From Pseudovirgaria hyperparasitica (taxonomy: Eukaryota), in assembly GCA_010093815.1 (NCBI GenBank), contig ML996580.1: a stretch of DNA of 64,000 nt; one strand, written 5' to 3'. Under the pieces are notes generated by a model. That model did not search any database, had not been told where the DNA came from, and saw only the letters and a program-made list of their open reading frames with translations. Shown here one piece after another: positions 47,112-60,680 of the stretch (its first letter is position 1; the number at the start of each line of letters is the position of its first letter). The position numbers and the translations under genes are program-made.

Positions 47112-49466
47112 GACTAGAGACGTCGTTTACAACGATCTACTACAACCACCGAACACGCAAGGGAGGCCTTGCGCATGTACGGAATGCATGGTACGTCAGG
47201 ATCAAGTCTCGCACAACGTTTGACAGTGGTGGAGCAAATCACAACAATTACCACAAGTACTTACCGAACGGTACGGCATGTGCAGCCAAGCCGAATGTGA
47301 GTTATATTCCTTGATGTAGGATAGTGCTCACCTAGGAAATTCATTACGCAAACGTGTTTGAAGGAGCCCCCCCTTTCGCATGTGCCGCGTCAATGGCAAG
47401 CAAAATTCAAGCCAGCATATCCGTTGCTAGTATGCATGCTAAGTATAGAGTCGAAAGCTAGAAAGCTAAATGGTTGTTAGCTAGCATTGAGGGCCTCGAA
47501 GCATTACTTTAGAGCGGAGTCATTCTGAAGTGAGCATGAAAGGCATATGAGATTCAGCAATTCGTTAGCAGCATCCAGTGTGCATCAAGTCTGCAACAGG
47601 TAGGTGAGAATTACTCCTGTCGTGACTGACACCGATCCCGAGGGAATGGCAGTGGCAGTTCCGGCTCTACCTAACTACCTAACCTTGGAAGTGGAGACAT
47701 CAACTTTGTCAGCAATATATTTGTACCTTAGCAGATGCCAGGACCCGCCAGAGCTGCAGGTAAAACAGTCTGCGGGGTATATGTCGTCGACCTGCAGTCC
47801 AGTGGTGCGAAGTATCTAGGTGGGTGTTTTGAAAGGCGACATGAAGAGAAATTAGACTGGTGAAGTTAAGATCGATGAGGAAGCCTGGCAGATTCCTGAG
47901 CGAGCGGCTCCACTGCTAGGCCACGCGGCTACCTATGTCTGTTTGGTATATGGTAATGGTGATGGGCGTGTTGAATTGAAGAGAAGCCGTTTGCTGGACG
48001 ATCAAGTCAAGATTTTCATCCCAGTCGCTCGAGACCAATAGGCTAGGTCTACGCCGTACGCCCGACAGCCCCCCTAGGACTGGACCCATAAGAGCATGTG
48101 GAGAAGCATTCATTCCCTTGTGTATGGACTGACTTGACTATAATAGGGACAGAGGGAGTTGCGATGGATGTGTCCAGGTGAATGTGGATGCTCGTGCAGA
48201 GAGATGACGTTGATGATACGGCTCGCATCTTCTCTAGGCTATCACGTGAGAGCCGCCAAGAGAACTCTGCCTGGATGCCTTATTGTGTTTAACTTTGGGT
48301 AGGCTGGGCCTCTTCTTCCTGGCATGCTTTGTTTGGCGTCATGCTGCATGTTAAGGGAACAAGAGTGTAAATGTAAGAGCGGCATGGGAATCTAATTGGG
48401 TGTAAAGCAGCACCCACCTCGGGCGTGTCGAATCGTTGGAGTGGACTACTGCGCACTTATACGGTATCTCTACGAGGAATGAGATGAAATCCAGTACATG
48501 CTGTTCTGACCATAGCGATTGAAGCCCGCTCCGATCGTGAGAGTGTGAGCAGCTCGAAATGCATCAGAGCCGGAGGGACGAGAGGAGGCTTTCAGGACGT
48601 GGAATGCTTTGAGACTGAGTGAATGGAATCAACAGCCATGGTTGTCTCAAGACTCAACGCAATGATCAGCAAGACGTGGCCATGCACGATCTCAGCCGAC
48701 ATTTAATGCTGCATCAGTTCTGCATATAAGGTGGTGCTGTCTGCTGTCTATCAGTCTTATAGCAGCGATGTGTTGACCTGCTACTCCAGGACGAAGCGGC
48801 ATGTCAACGAAAAGTCTGCTCTATGAATCCATCCCACACCAAACAAGGGGGGAACCGGGGGGAGGGGCAGGGCGGGCAAAGTGGGCAGTGTGGGCAGTTT
48901 AGGGGCCATGACTGGTCAATTGGCTGCCTTGCCCGCCCGAGAGTTGCTTTTCTAGCGGGGTGAGTCCACTAAACTTGGAGAGGGGCAGGGAGGGGTTGAC
49001 GAGCTCTAGGCGATGTACCAGGCTCCCAGGCCCTCAGGCTACCAAGCCCCCAGTGCCTAGCTACAGTATGTACCAGTAATCATAGCTGGCTAGCCAGCTA
49101 GGAGGTATTTACAGTGCATCCTCGCCAAAGAACGCACCGTTCACTCTGCGCTGCACTTTACACTGCATTTTGTGCCTCCACTTTCGTCTCTTCACTGTCG
49201 CACATCCAAAATGCCCCTTATGGCTCTTCCTACACCGTCGCCTGTCTCTCCACATTTACCCGCATCCCAACACCTACGAACTCAACCCCTACTCCCGATC
49301 CCGCCCTAATGAACACTAAGAACCTCCACTAATCAGCTCTAAGCTGGAGTCCTGGACCTCCCACCAAACCCACAACTATCGTCAACCCACCACCAATTCT
49401 TCACTTCTCTCCCGATTGCGGGCTTCAGCGCACAAGAAACCACTTTCAACTTGGTTTACACAAAGC

Positions 49467-52400
49467 ATGAGCTCAGCAGACTGCAATGCTGCAACTGGAG
49501 ACAGCGAGCTCCGCGAGAGACTGTTGCTGCGACTTGATGTACCACAGCAAAGCAAAACAGACAAGTCTGCGAAGAAAAATGTGCTTGAGCTAAATGCTAC
49601 AGAGGACCCCAAAGAGGAGAAAGAGAAGAAGACCTTTGGCAGAACTCCTGATGGCGTCAGTGAGTCTTCTCCAGTACCTGCTGCCAGTCCTTCTAGTCTC
49701 CCGCACGCTGAACAGAGACTGCATCCCCACAATCGCCTCATACTCATCATACTCATTTCAAACATGCGTACTGACTTGCGCGTGTTTAGTCTTCACTGTT
49801 CCTCAAACCCACGATATGGTGTCGCAGCTTCTGTCGCCTAGCGAACCCAAAAACATCTCCGACATCGTTGTCATACTCGTACTCCTGAGCCTGGCTGTGA
49901 CTTGCTACATATTACCATCAGGCATCCGCATTCCTTACCAGGCTGCTGTCTTTCTGTTTTGGAGAGCATGCTACAACGGTGGTATTGGCTATCTCCTTCA
50001 TATTCAGTCTAACCACAGGCGCCTTACCGCATGGGCGAAGAAGTCAGGCATACTGGAGGATCCTTCTACAGGGAAGAATCCACACCCAGCCCTGTTCAAA
50101 GTCCTGAAGCGCGAAATGGAGACCAAGATACCAAATGACTACAAGTTTGAGAACGCTCCTCTCGAATACAATACTTGGCTTCTGTTCAGGCGCGTGGTAG
50201 ACCTGATTCTCATGTGCGACTTCACATCGTACTGCCTGTTTGCAATTGCATGTGGTGGCACTCCTGCTGGTGAAGTTTGGTTCATGACGATAGCACGATG
50301 GATGACCGGTATCGCACTCATCATGTTCAATCTATGGGTCAAGCTTGATGCACACCGTGTTGTAAAGGACTACGCCTGGTATTGGGGAGATTTCTTCTAT
50401 CTCATTGACCAGGAGCTTACTTTTGATGGTGTTTTCGAGATGGCTCCCCATCCAATGTATTCAGTGGGATATGCCGGTTGGTATGGTATTTCTCTGCTCG
50501 CTGCAAGCTACAAGGTCCTGTTCATCTCGCTTATTGGCCATGCCGCTCAATTCGCCTTTCTCGCTTGGGTCGAGAGTCCTCACATTGAGAAAACGTACAA
50601 TCCACCGCCCAAGAAGCGACCATCTATGTCAGTTCACGAGGACGATCGTCCTCAGTCTCCACGATTTGATGATGTAGGCCATGTCAATGGTTCTCCGCTT
50701 CTCGCAACATCGTCCCATCCGTCACCCGTTCACAACTTCATTGGCTTGCAAAACATTGATTTGCATAGAGTACCAGATATATCTGTGCTGTTGTTCCAAT
50801 TCTACCTGTTCTCCTTCACCGCACTCACTCCGTCGACGACTGCATGGCAGACATTTTTCGTCATTAATGCTCTTGTATGGAGATTGTGGTACTCCATTGG
50901 CATAGGCTACATTTTGGATCGACAGTCAAATAAGAAGAACTGGACGCGGCATTTCATCAAGTATGGTGAAAGTACTGAAGAGGCATGGCGACAATGGAAA
51001 GGTGTGTATCATCTGAGCATGACCTTGTGCTATACGAGTTTTGTAGCCGCTGCATGGAAAATGTACACCCTACCACCGGACTGGGAGTATGGCTGGGTGC
51101 TGCTCAGACACGTGATCGGGTTTGCTCTTATTGCCCTGCACCTCTGGACAATCACCAGCATCTATGAGTCACTTGGAGAGTTTGGGTGGTTCTTTGGAGA
51201 TTTCTTCTTTGACTACCAGCCCAAGTTGACTTATAGCGGCATCTACCGGTTCCTCAATAATCCCGAACGATTTCTGGGACTGGCCGGCGTTTGGGGCCTT
51301 GCATGTATCACTTGGAGCAGGACTATCTTCTGTTTGGCACTAATGAGCCACGTCCTGACACTCTCGTTCCTACAGCTGATTGAGAAGCCTCATATGCAGA
51401 AATTGTACGGGCAGACCTTACGCCAACATTCAGGACTAACCAAGAGCATCCAGCGATCTCTACCGAAACCGATTCGACAATGGCATGGTCAAGTAGATCG
51501 CGTTTTAGGAGAGACCATTGACTTTGTCGAGGAGTTTCTCGATAGCGCTCGTCCAAAATTGGCTTCCGGCGTCCAGACAATCGTCAAAGACACCACTGCA
51601 ATCTTCAAGCAGTATCCAGCTCGCATCAGCATCACACGTCTAGCACCCGATATCGCTGGCTATAATCCCAAGGACTACTCTATCGAGATTGAAGGCACCC
51701 CCTCGTCGCATACAGCCGAATTGGACAAGCGCAGTGGCCGCGAAGGTCCCAAAGCCCGCGAACCCGCTGTTCAAACCGGCGACTTCAAGACTCTCATGTT
51801 CGAATTTGGCACCCCAATCAAAGTGAAATGGACGGCCCCCCTCAACCACAGCAAGAAGGACTGGATTGGCCTGTACATGGTCGCCGATAACGCTTCGCGC
51901 GATGTCACCCGTGTTGGATCTCAAGGACGCTGGATCGCCACCAACAAAGGCGAGTTTGACTACAACTTCGCCGACGAAGGCATCCTGGTCTCGGACAACC
52001 GTGTCAGCGGTGCATCTCGCCAAGACGGTGAGACGGCTGATTTCATGTCTGGTCAGATGGTCTTTGCAGGAGACAAACTGTGGTGGACAACCGGCGTCTT
52101 CGAGTTTCGATACCACCACTCTGGCGCACATAATGTTATGGCTATATCCCTCCCCTTTGAAATTCGCATCGCTCCCTTCGACGAGGACGATGTAGAGGTA
52201 GATTCCGACGGCCAGATCCGCGGCGCCGTAGAGAAATCCCTCCTCCCTGTCGTCCAAAATTGCTTTGATCGCGACCCGGGCATTGCGCCGAGCACGGTCG
52301 AGGAGCCGTTTGGCAGTTTGATCGAGCATGACGGCAAGTTCAGCAAACGCGTCGTATTCGCAGTGCGTCAGATGTTTGGAATCGAGTTTGCGCCCGAGGT

Positions 52401-52623
52401 CGTGCAGGCGGATGGCTCGGTGCGCAATCTGGCGTGGCGCGTATGTAATGCGAAGAAGGTTCTGGTGAGTCTTTGACCCCAACGCACTCCGCACTTTTGT
52501 GTGTTGTGTGTGATTTTGTTCCGGTTTTATCGTCTCTAACGTATGTCCCCCGGTGGTCTAAAGGCGCCGTATAGTATGTCGTCGGAGAAGGGTAACACAA
52601 CACCTAGTGCGGCGAAATACTAA
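49467..52623 (+). CDS. CHO2: Phosphatidylethanolamine N-methyltransferase (~975 aa, 3 exons)
   Basis: Exons 49467-49659, 49790-52464 and 52564-52623, in frame (2928 nt). Motifs [76 protein letters not shown] and C-terminal AKKVL|APYSMS. Confidence 0.95.
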
Positions 52624-53246
52624 TCTGATATGTTACCCTGGAATGGGAAGGAGTACAGTAACGGTGCTGGGAGGCTGCAGGCTGGAGTTGTGTGTGAAAT
52701 GAGTTTGGAGCGATGCAAGCTGTCTGGGGTAGGGGCCACGAGGGGACGAGGAGACATGGCGTCAGAACTGCATTATATACGTATAATCGTTCCATTTGCA
52801 TCATCATCAGAAATATACCATAAAAAATATAGTATACGTAACATATAAATACGTAGATATGAAATATAAGAAGATGAGATGAATGATGAATGATGAAATG
52901 ACGGATAAGTTGTGTGGTTCTTATCATGTCTACGCTGTTATATCTTTATAGCTATCTATCCTATCCTATCTATATCTAAGTTTTATTATACTTATGTATA
53001 GTGTAGTATACTAGTGTATAGACATAGAGGCTACAAATCGTAATTCCGCGATTGATATTCCCGAAATAGGATAATAGATTTCAAACGTTGCAATACGTAA
53101 AAATAATATAATGATAATACCATTCCACGACGAACTATGCTAGCTAAAAAAAAACCAGAAAGTAAAAGAATTATATATCATCATTGCAAGCTGCTCAGCC
53201 ATTCAGTTCCAAGATTCCCAAAACACAGACAGGATAGCAGCACCTT

Positions 53247-56070
53247 TCACAACCGACTCTCGACCCGCTCACCGACATATCCGCCCTCGGGCCAGACCTC
53301 CCTCAACGCCTCCCAGATCCCGCCCACAAACGAGATGCCCAAGCCCTCCTGCACCTCGCGCGGCAAATCGCGCGCGTCCTTGCGATTACCCTCTGGCAAC
53401 AAGACGGTCCGCACGCCAGCGCGCAACGCGCCAATGACTTTCTCCTTGATGCCACCGACAGGCAAGACGCGGCCGCGCAGGCTCATCTCGCCCGTCATGG
53501 CGAGGGTAGGGGGCACGGCTTTGCCGGAGAAGAGGGAGATGAGGGCGATGGTGTGGGCGAGGCCGGCGGAGGGCCCGTCCTTGGGGATGGCGCCCGAGGG
53601 GCAGTGCACGTGGATGCTGCGGTTCTTCATGATGTCCTCGTCTGGGCTGGCGGTGAGGCCGAGTTCCCAGGCGTGTGCCTTGACCCAGGTTAGGGCAACC
53701 TCGACGGATTCCTTGAGGACGTCGCCGAGTTTGCCGGTGAGCTGGACGCGGCCTGAGCCGGGCATGTCGGCGACTTCGATGAAGAGGATGGAGCCTTGGC
53801 CACCGGTGGAGTAGGCGACGAGGCCGGTGACGACGCCCGGGCGGGCGGAGCGTTCGGCGATTTCCTCCTCGAAGCGTTCGATGCCGAGGATAGTGTCGAG
53901 GTCGGATTCGGTGATAGTGGGTGTGTACGCTTGTGGTGTGTCGGCGTCTTTGGCGTCGGCGTATTCGACGGCTTTGTAGCGACATACGGAGCCGAGTTCA
54001 CGCTCGAGGTTGCGGACACCGGATTCGCGCGTGTAGCTAGTGATGATTTTGTCGAGAACAGAGTCCGAGATGGAGACCAGGGGTGGAGTGAGACCGTTGG
54101 TGGTGATTTGTTTGGGAAGAAGGTGTTGCATGGCGATGTGGCGTTTCTCGAGTGTGGTGTAGCCTGAGAGCTGGATAGTCTCGAGACGGTCGAGGAGTGG
54201 TGGTGGGATGGTTTCGAGGGAGTTTGCAGTCGCGATGAATAGGACTTTGGAGAGGTCAATGGGAATGTTCACGTAATGGTCTGTGAATGAATGGTTCTGC
54301 TCCGGGTCGAGGACTTCGAGCATAGCAGCGGAAGGATCGCCATGGAAATTCGACTGGCCGAGTTTATCGATTTCGTCGAGGAGGATGACAGGGTTGGCGA
54401 CTCCAACCTTCTTCAGACCGTTGACGACAACACCAGGCATGGCCGCGACATATGTCCGACGATGACCACGGATCTCAGCTTCGTCTCGTACCCCACCGAG
54501 GGAGATACGGTGGAATTTGCGACCCAGGGCTGTGGCTACAGACTTTGCGAGAGACGTCTTACCGGTACCAGGCGGACCGACGAGCAATAGGATTGGGGAC
54601 TTATCAATCATATGCTTCCTTTCAAGCAACTCTCGCTCTTCTTCGCCTGACTGCAGGTCCACAGGCTGCTGTGGTTGCTTCCCGTTCTCGGCGTTCTCCT
54701 CTTCTTGAGCTTTCACGTCCTTGTTTAGATTCTCTGTGAGCTTCTTCAGTCTGCCATCAATGTCCTCGGTGACTGCCTGCTTTAGTCGAAGAACAGCTAG
54801 GTACTCCAGCAGACGCTTCTTGATCTTCTCCAGACCGTAATGGTCATCGTCCAGCTGCTGCCTTGCTCGTGACAGAGTGGCCGCATTTAAATTGTCGGGA
54901 GTCTTCTTAGTCCACGGTATCTCTGCTAGGTTCTCCAGGTAGTTCCGACACACCTGATATTCAGCTTGCGCAGGGTTCATCTTCTGCAATCGTTGCAACT
55001 CCCGCTGCGCAACAGTATTGGCTTCAGGGGTCAATTTGGCCTCATCAAGTCTCTTCTTAAGCTCATCAATCTCGCTCGTCTCTTCTTGGCCACCATTGCC
55101 ACCATTCGGAAACCCAGGCATGAACCCAGGAGGAAACCCTTGGCTGTTGCCATTCGAGAGCCGACCTTTAAGAAGCTCCTGTTGTAGTCTCTTGAGCTTC
55201 TCCATGTCAATACCCTGATGGTTTGTGGTTGTCACGCTAAGTATACGACCATTACCCTGCAACACGGCAATTTGACGCTCCAGCGCTTCGATGACGCTCT
55301 GTAGTCTATCATGCGTTGATATGGCAGAGAGAATCGCGAGCTTCTCTTCGTGTGAGCAGTCGATGAGGTTCGCGATAAAGTCGGCGAGCGGTGCGGCGTC
55401 CTGAAGCTCTTTTCGGGTAATATACAGCTCTACCCGTCGAGCCATTATTGGAGAAAGGGATACAGATGGAGCGCGAGGCAAAATGGACGAGAGGCGGACC
55501 AGTGCGAGAAACTCGCGTGACAGCTGCTTCATCTCGGTAAAGAGGCCAGCTATCTTGTCGTTTGACTTCGGTGGCACTACAGCAAGTCAGTTAGAACATC
55601 CCATAGTGTATCAAGTCCAACATACGCTCTTCAACAGCAAGGCACTCGCCCTCAAAGAACGGCCACTCCTTGTGAATCTTCCCAATCCGAAACCTCGTCA
55701 ACCCCTCCACGACAAGACTCAGCTCTCCCTCCCTCCGGCCCTGAACACCCGTGACCTTGGCGATACATCCGTAATTGAACAAGTCCATTCTCTTGATCCC
55801 ATTCATGTCAGTATCCTCCGGCTTCGACGCCCTCGTCTCCTTGCCCTCCGTTATCAGCTTCTTGCCATCGGGGCTTAGTAACGGCGAGTTGACAGGCACA
55901 CAGCCAACAGAAACATTTGCATTCGCCTGAGATGAGCGAGCGTATACATTCGCGATGACAGCGGCGATGTCTGCTCGATTAAGCAGTGGTATGCGGAGAG
56001 TCGTGCCTGGGAGTAGTGCGAGAGGTGGCGAGAGGGGGATGAGTGGGAGGGTGAGGTTGGGCTTCGCCAT
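53247..56070 (-). CDS. Peroxisomal Lon protease (LONP2/Pln), ~924 aa, 2 exons
   Basis: Exon 1 is 56070-55626 (Lon N-domain), intron 55625-55577 (GTATGT...CTGAC...TAG), exon 2 is 55576-53247. Walker [23 protein letters not shown], catalytic PKDGPSAG and [20 protein letters not shown]-terminal PTS1 tripeptide SRL. Confidence 0.95.
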
Positions 56071-56231
56071 GGCGATGGCGGAATTATGTGATCTCGCAGA
56101 GGCAGAGTGGAATGGCAACTTGTTCGTTGCAGCGAGCGGGTGGTATTATATAAAGTGATAAGGATGAGGTTTCTAGAACATGCCGACTTGTGGCGCCGTT
56201 GACAGACTCGACTGCTATGATGAGGCTGATA

Positions 56232-56715
56232 CCGAGGTCGTGTCGTGACAGCTGCACAGCTTGCTAGGTCCAGTTTGGACTAGCTTTAAATGCTTGGATG
56301 GCACTCTACGTGTAAACATAAACACTCGATTTCTACCCAGAATTCACTTAAGCAGATGGCTACGTGAAACAGCATTACGCATGCCACGCATGAAAGCTGG
56401 CAGGTAGTCTTTCAAATCACGAGAATCTTAACTGAAGTGCTGATTTAGCACTCTTACATACGAAATTCGACCTCCCCACAATAGCTAGCATCGGATATCG
56501 CTATCCTCCCTTTTAACCGGAATTGAAGTCGCTGCGGAATTTTTTTCACCCGAAAGAAGACGAATTCCGATGCAAATATGACCTCCGACTGTAAGGTGCA
56601 GATTCGAATTGTTCTCAAGGAGGATATACACATCCTTCGCCACATCCCCAATCCCAGGTCACTAGACACAATCTCCTCATCAAAGGAGGGGGGGCGGGAG
56701 AAAATAGTGCCTCGG
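56232..56715. promoter_or_regulatory. Two FarA/FarB-type CCTCGG elements upstream of peroxisomal Lon
   Basis: CCGAGG at 56232-56237 and CCTCGG at 56710-56715. CCTCGG is the known core of fatty-acid/peroxisome regulators in filamentous ascomycetes. Confidence 0.4.
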
Positions 56716-57157
56716 TATCGCGGACCATGATCTTATTATTACCATACCTCTAATTTGCAACGAATCCCTTGTCAGCAGGAGGGGATTATATCATATCACC
56801 TTCATGCTACCCCTCCTCGCTCCATCCGTAGCTCAATCTACGGAATTCGAAGTCGACTATCATGAAGTGACTATCATCTGTAAGACACAGTTTTATGGAA
56901 GTATCAGGGCTACGAAGGACTGCGACTGGCACCAGAAACGAAGGCAAATCGATAACAGCTGCATAATGGTATTATACAAGAGAGCATATAGTCTTTCCTC
57001 ATTAGGCATAGATACAATATGACATTAGAAACGTGTTACGAGGACAGATGGCTATGCTACAGATGTCTCTCAGCATGGCCCTAGGATCATGATATTATAC
57101 AACTGTTACACGCCTCCGACTTTTACATCACAGCATCACACGTTACTTGCTCTTATT

Positions 57158-60100
57158 CTACATTATCCCTCTGAGACCACGGAAGCCGCCGCTCTTGTTG
57201 GTCTTCTCTCTGTCCTTATCTTTACCTTTAGCCTCTTTCTCTTTCTTTTTTACGCCGATGTTCTGTGCACCACCTATAATGTGATTAGAATTAACTTTGC
57301 TGGACGCCTGCTACATGAAGAATGCTTACCTCTGCCATATACTCGCACCTTGCTTTCTGGTGCAATCTTATCTTTCTTCCCTTCTCGCTTTTCGGAGCTG
57401 TCCCAACTCATGGTGCTCTTCGCACTACTCGTGACCGGCTCCGACGATACAGAGGGAGGCGTCGTATTGAAGCTTGCGTCCAATGCAGTCTCGTAGGCTG
57501 AACCAGTATTTCGAGGTGAGTGCTGAGCATCGCTGTAAGTCGAAGAGGACTGCCATACTGCCTGCTGTTGCAAGGGCACTTGACTTTGTGGATGAGAATA
57601 ATGGTGAATGTTGGCCTGGGTTTGTTGCGAAGATTCGGATCGGACAGGCCGGGCAGCACGCATGCCCTCCTGTTGATTCAGATGGGATTGAAATTCGAAC
57701 GAGGGATTGAGCTGCGAGTTGTTGTACTCGGAGTGAAAATTGTCCTCATCTGAGTTGATATCTTCCGGGACGCGTGCAAAACGTGTAGCTTGGCTAGCGC
57801 TCGCACGACTTCCCGGTCGACGAGTTGAGGAGAGGGATGTGCCTAGGGTCATAGGATCGCGAGAAGGCGTTGTCCGCCCACTTGTCGAAGGGATACTAAT
57901 ACTACGCATTACAGGAGCGGGATATTCGCGATCACGCTCGCGCTCGCGTTCGATCTCGTGAGATCGCATTTCCAGTTCGATGTAACGATCATGCAGCCGA
58001 CTATGCGTCTTTTTAAGCTGTTGCAACTTAGCATGGCTCGAGGCAAGTGCTGAATCGATCATTTGTTGGACTGCGGGAGGTAGATTCCCGACTTCGATCA
58101 GCTCTTGAGGAAGCCCGTGTTCATTGTGAAGACGTGATTCAAGTTCAGCAATGTATCGCTCATATCCTTGTATCGTTTTCTCACGTTCCTTGTCGCGGCT
58201 CGTGAGCTTCATATTGGCAACTTCGAGGTCATTGCGGAGTTGTTGGCGCTCCTCACCAATTTGACGGGGTATTTGCTCACGAAACTGGGCCTCTCGCAAC
58301 TGCACACGTAGCTTGCTTGCTTCTGAACGTAATGCATCAAGCTCGCCGAGATCACTGTCTAGGGCTCGAAGTTGATGCTGAGAGCGGAGCTCGCGTGCAT
58401 CGCTGTCGTCAACAAGTTTCTTTAATCTGCTGCAATCGTCTTGTGTCTTGTTCAACTCGAAACGCAATGCTTCCCCATCAGCTCGCCATGATTTCTGATC
58501 TTCCTTCAATTGTTTGAGTTTTGTACTGATCTGATCCTCGACTTTACGTGATTGTCCTCGGCTCGTGGCAAACTCTTTCTTCAGCTGAGCATTTAACTCG
58601 TCTGATTTGGTCAACTTGGCTTTGAGTGCGCGATTCGTGTTGATCAGATTCTGGGTCTGTGCCTCCGCCGTTGCCTCCTTGAGATTTTTACGCTGCAGTT
58701 GACCAATGTGGGCAAGGTGCTGATGCTTCAGATAGCGCTCAAAGTTGAGGTCGTTACGAAGAAGCATGACTTCTCGCTGCAGCGAGACCATACTTTGAGT
58801 CTCGTGCTCAGACAATATACTTGAGGAATTGCAAATACGACCACTGGATAACAATTGGGCAAAGGCCTCGAGCTTCTCTGGAGCTTGGTTCGTGATTCTG
58901 TTGACCAGAGGCAGGAGATCTTTCTCGGGTAGATGTAAGTCACTCGCTCTTCCAGGTAGGGTGGGACTGTCATGAGGCTTCAACAAGGGCGAAGCTATCG
59001 TCGATGTCTTGGATGGTGATTTGTAAAGACTAGTTTGAGAGTTCTTTCGAGTCGTAGCACTGTCGTCGACAGACTGCCAGGATGAATGGACAACAGGTGA
59101 TCCTTTGATTACTGACTGAGTCTGAGACATTTGTACCGAATCAGCAGCAAGAGTATCGTCATCTGCAACCATCGTAATGGACGCTGCATCGGCAATGGGT
59201 CCAGGACCCCCAGGGGGTACAGGAAGTTTCGATGTGGGAGGAGGTCCTGGGTCGTCAAGGTTACTAGATACAGCAACACATAGTCCCATACATTCCGTGA
59301 CTACATCCGCCGGATCACTGTTCAGATAGCGGTTGTCAGTCAGCTCGTCCTCTACAGTGGTGATGTAGAAGTTAGGGTGTAGCAAGTGAACCATGCGATA
59401 CTCTTGAGATCGACTTTGGATAATGTCTTGGTTGAATTCGAATTCGTCAGCTCGAGGAAAGTTATGGCCTTTGAGCCATTTCCTTGATTTGCGGATGAAG
59501 CTCATGAAGTTGAGTGGAAACAAGCCGTACAGGAATGTGAAGTAATGGACTAGTGGAGGATTGCATGTTCGCGATTGTTCAAAGCTTCGATCCAGTGTGA
59601 TCCAGGAGTGCCCAGGGTTGACCTCTTGAGCAAGGTCAGCCGCACACTGGCTGATGAAGGATTGTAGGTTTGAGACAGACGAAGGCTCATGGCCCTCCGA
59701 CACCTTCGAGTCCACAACGATATCCCAGCATAGTATTCGAACGTATACTAGAAAGAGTCTAGCCATATGTTGTTTCATGCTATTTGTAATATGGGGGAGG
59801 AGCATGATTAGCACAGTGAGCGCAAGCTCGACAATGGTGCTTGACGTCTCTTTCATGAGGCAGATGAGTAGGTTTTGGATCAGCGAGGTATCCAATACGT
59901 AGTATAAGTGCGGCGGTTGAGTCCGTACAAACGCACTCATGAGACCAAGGATCTGCGCGCGGTGTTCTACCTGAACGAACAAGCTATTGAGCGATTGGAG
60001 AAGCTCCTGCCGACACATTAGCCATCAGCCCTCTCGAAACTTGCCAGTCAGAGCATACCCTCGGTTTTTTGCGACCAAACGATACTAGTATAGATTCTAG

Positions 60101-60680
60101 TTCATGTGCAATGAACTCATCTACTGGCGACACCGGGTCACTACTACTTGACGGTATGCGCGTCCTTTCCAAATATGCGTCCAAGAGTCGCCGACAAAAG
60201 CGTGAGGAGGTCTCTGCCTTCTCTCCATAGTCATCCTCGTCTGAATCGAAACTCATGACACCAAGCAGAAATTCTCTTGCATATTCCACTTCGTCTCTTT
60301 TGTGCCCAACAGCATTAATGGTTGGGGCAATCACCAGATTCCACCACTCCGATAATCGTTCGTCTCCTCGAATTGCCGGCCGTATTCGTGTCAGCATACC
60401 GAGAAAGGCTGCACGCTTGAGTGGGAAGTCGGCGACATATTTCTTGTGTATGGATAGTAGCTCTTCATGAAGACGCTGAGAGTCATGTTCATCAATGCCA
60501 TGGTAATTGTCCAGAAAAGATTCAATCGTAGCAATGAGCTCATCAGGAAGAGTCTCGAAGGTTTCGGGGGAGGAGAAGACGTTATTCAACGCCTTGAGCG
60601 TTTCTTTCATGGTTCTGAAAAGATTGATCAGTATGTGAGCATGAATGTGTGAACCAGACTTCCGCTCACCCAGAAGACAT
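57158..60680 (-). CDS. TSC1: Hamartin / tuberous sclerosis 1 homologue (~1119 aa, 4 exons)
   Basis: Exons 60680-60670 (11 nt), 60614-60059, 60006-57330 and 57273-57158, in frame (3360 nt). Hamartin motifs QPPHLYYV, LIMLLPHI, YFTFLYGLFPLNF, HLLHPNF and LRNDLNFERYLKHQHLAHIGQL, followed by a long coiled coil. C-terminal VRVYGRGGAQNIG. Confidence 0.92.
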
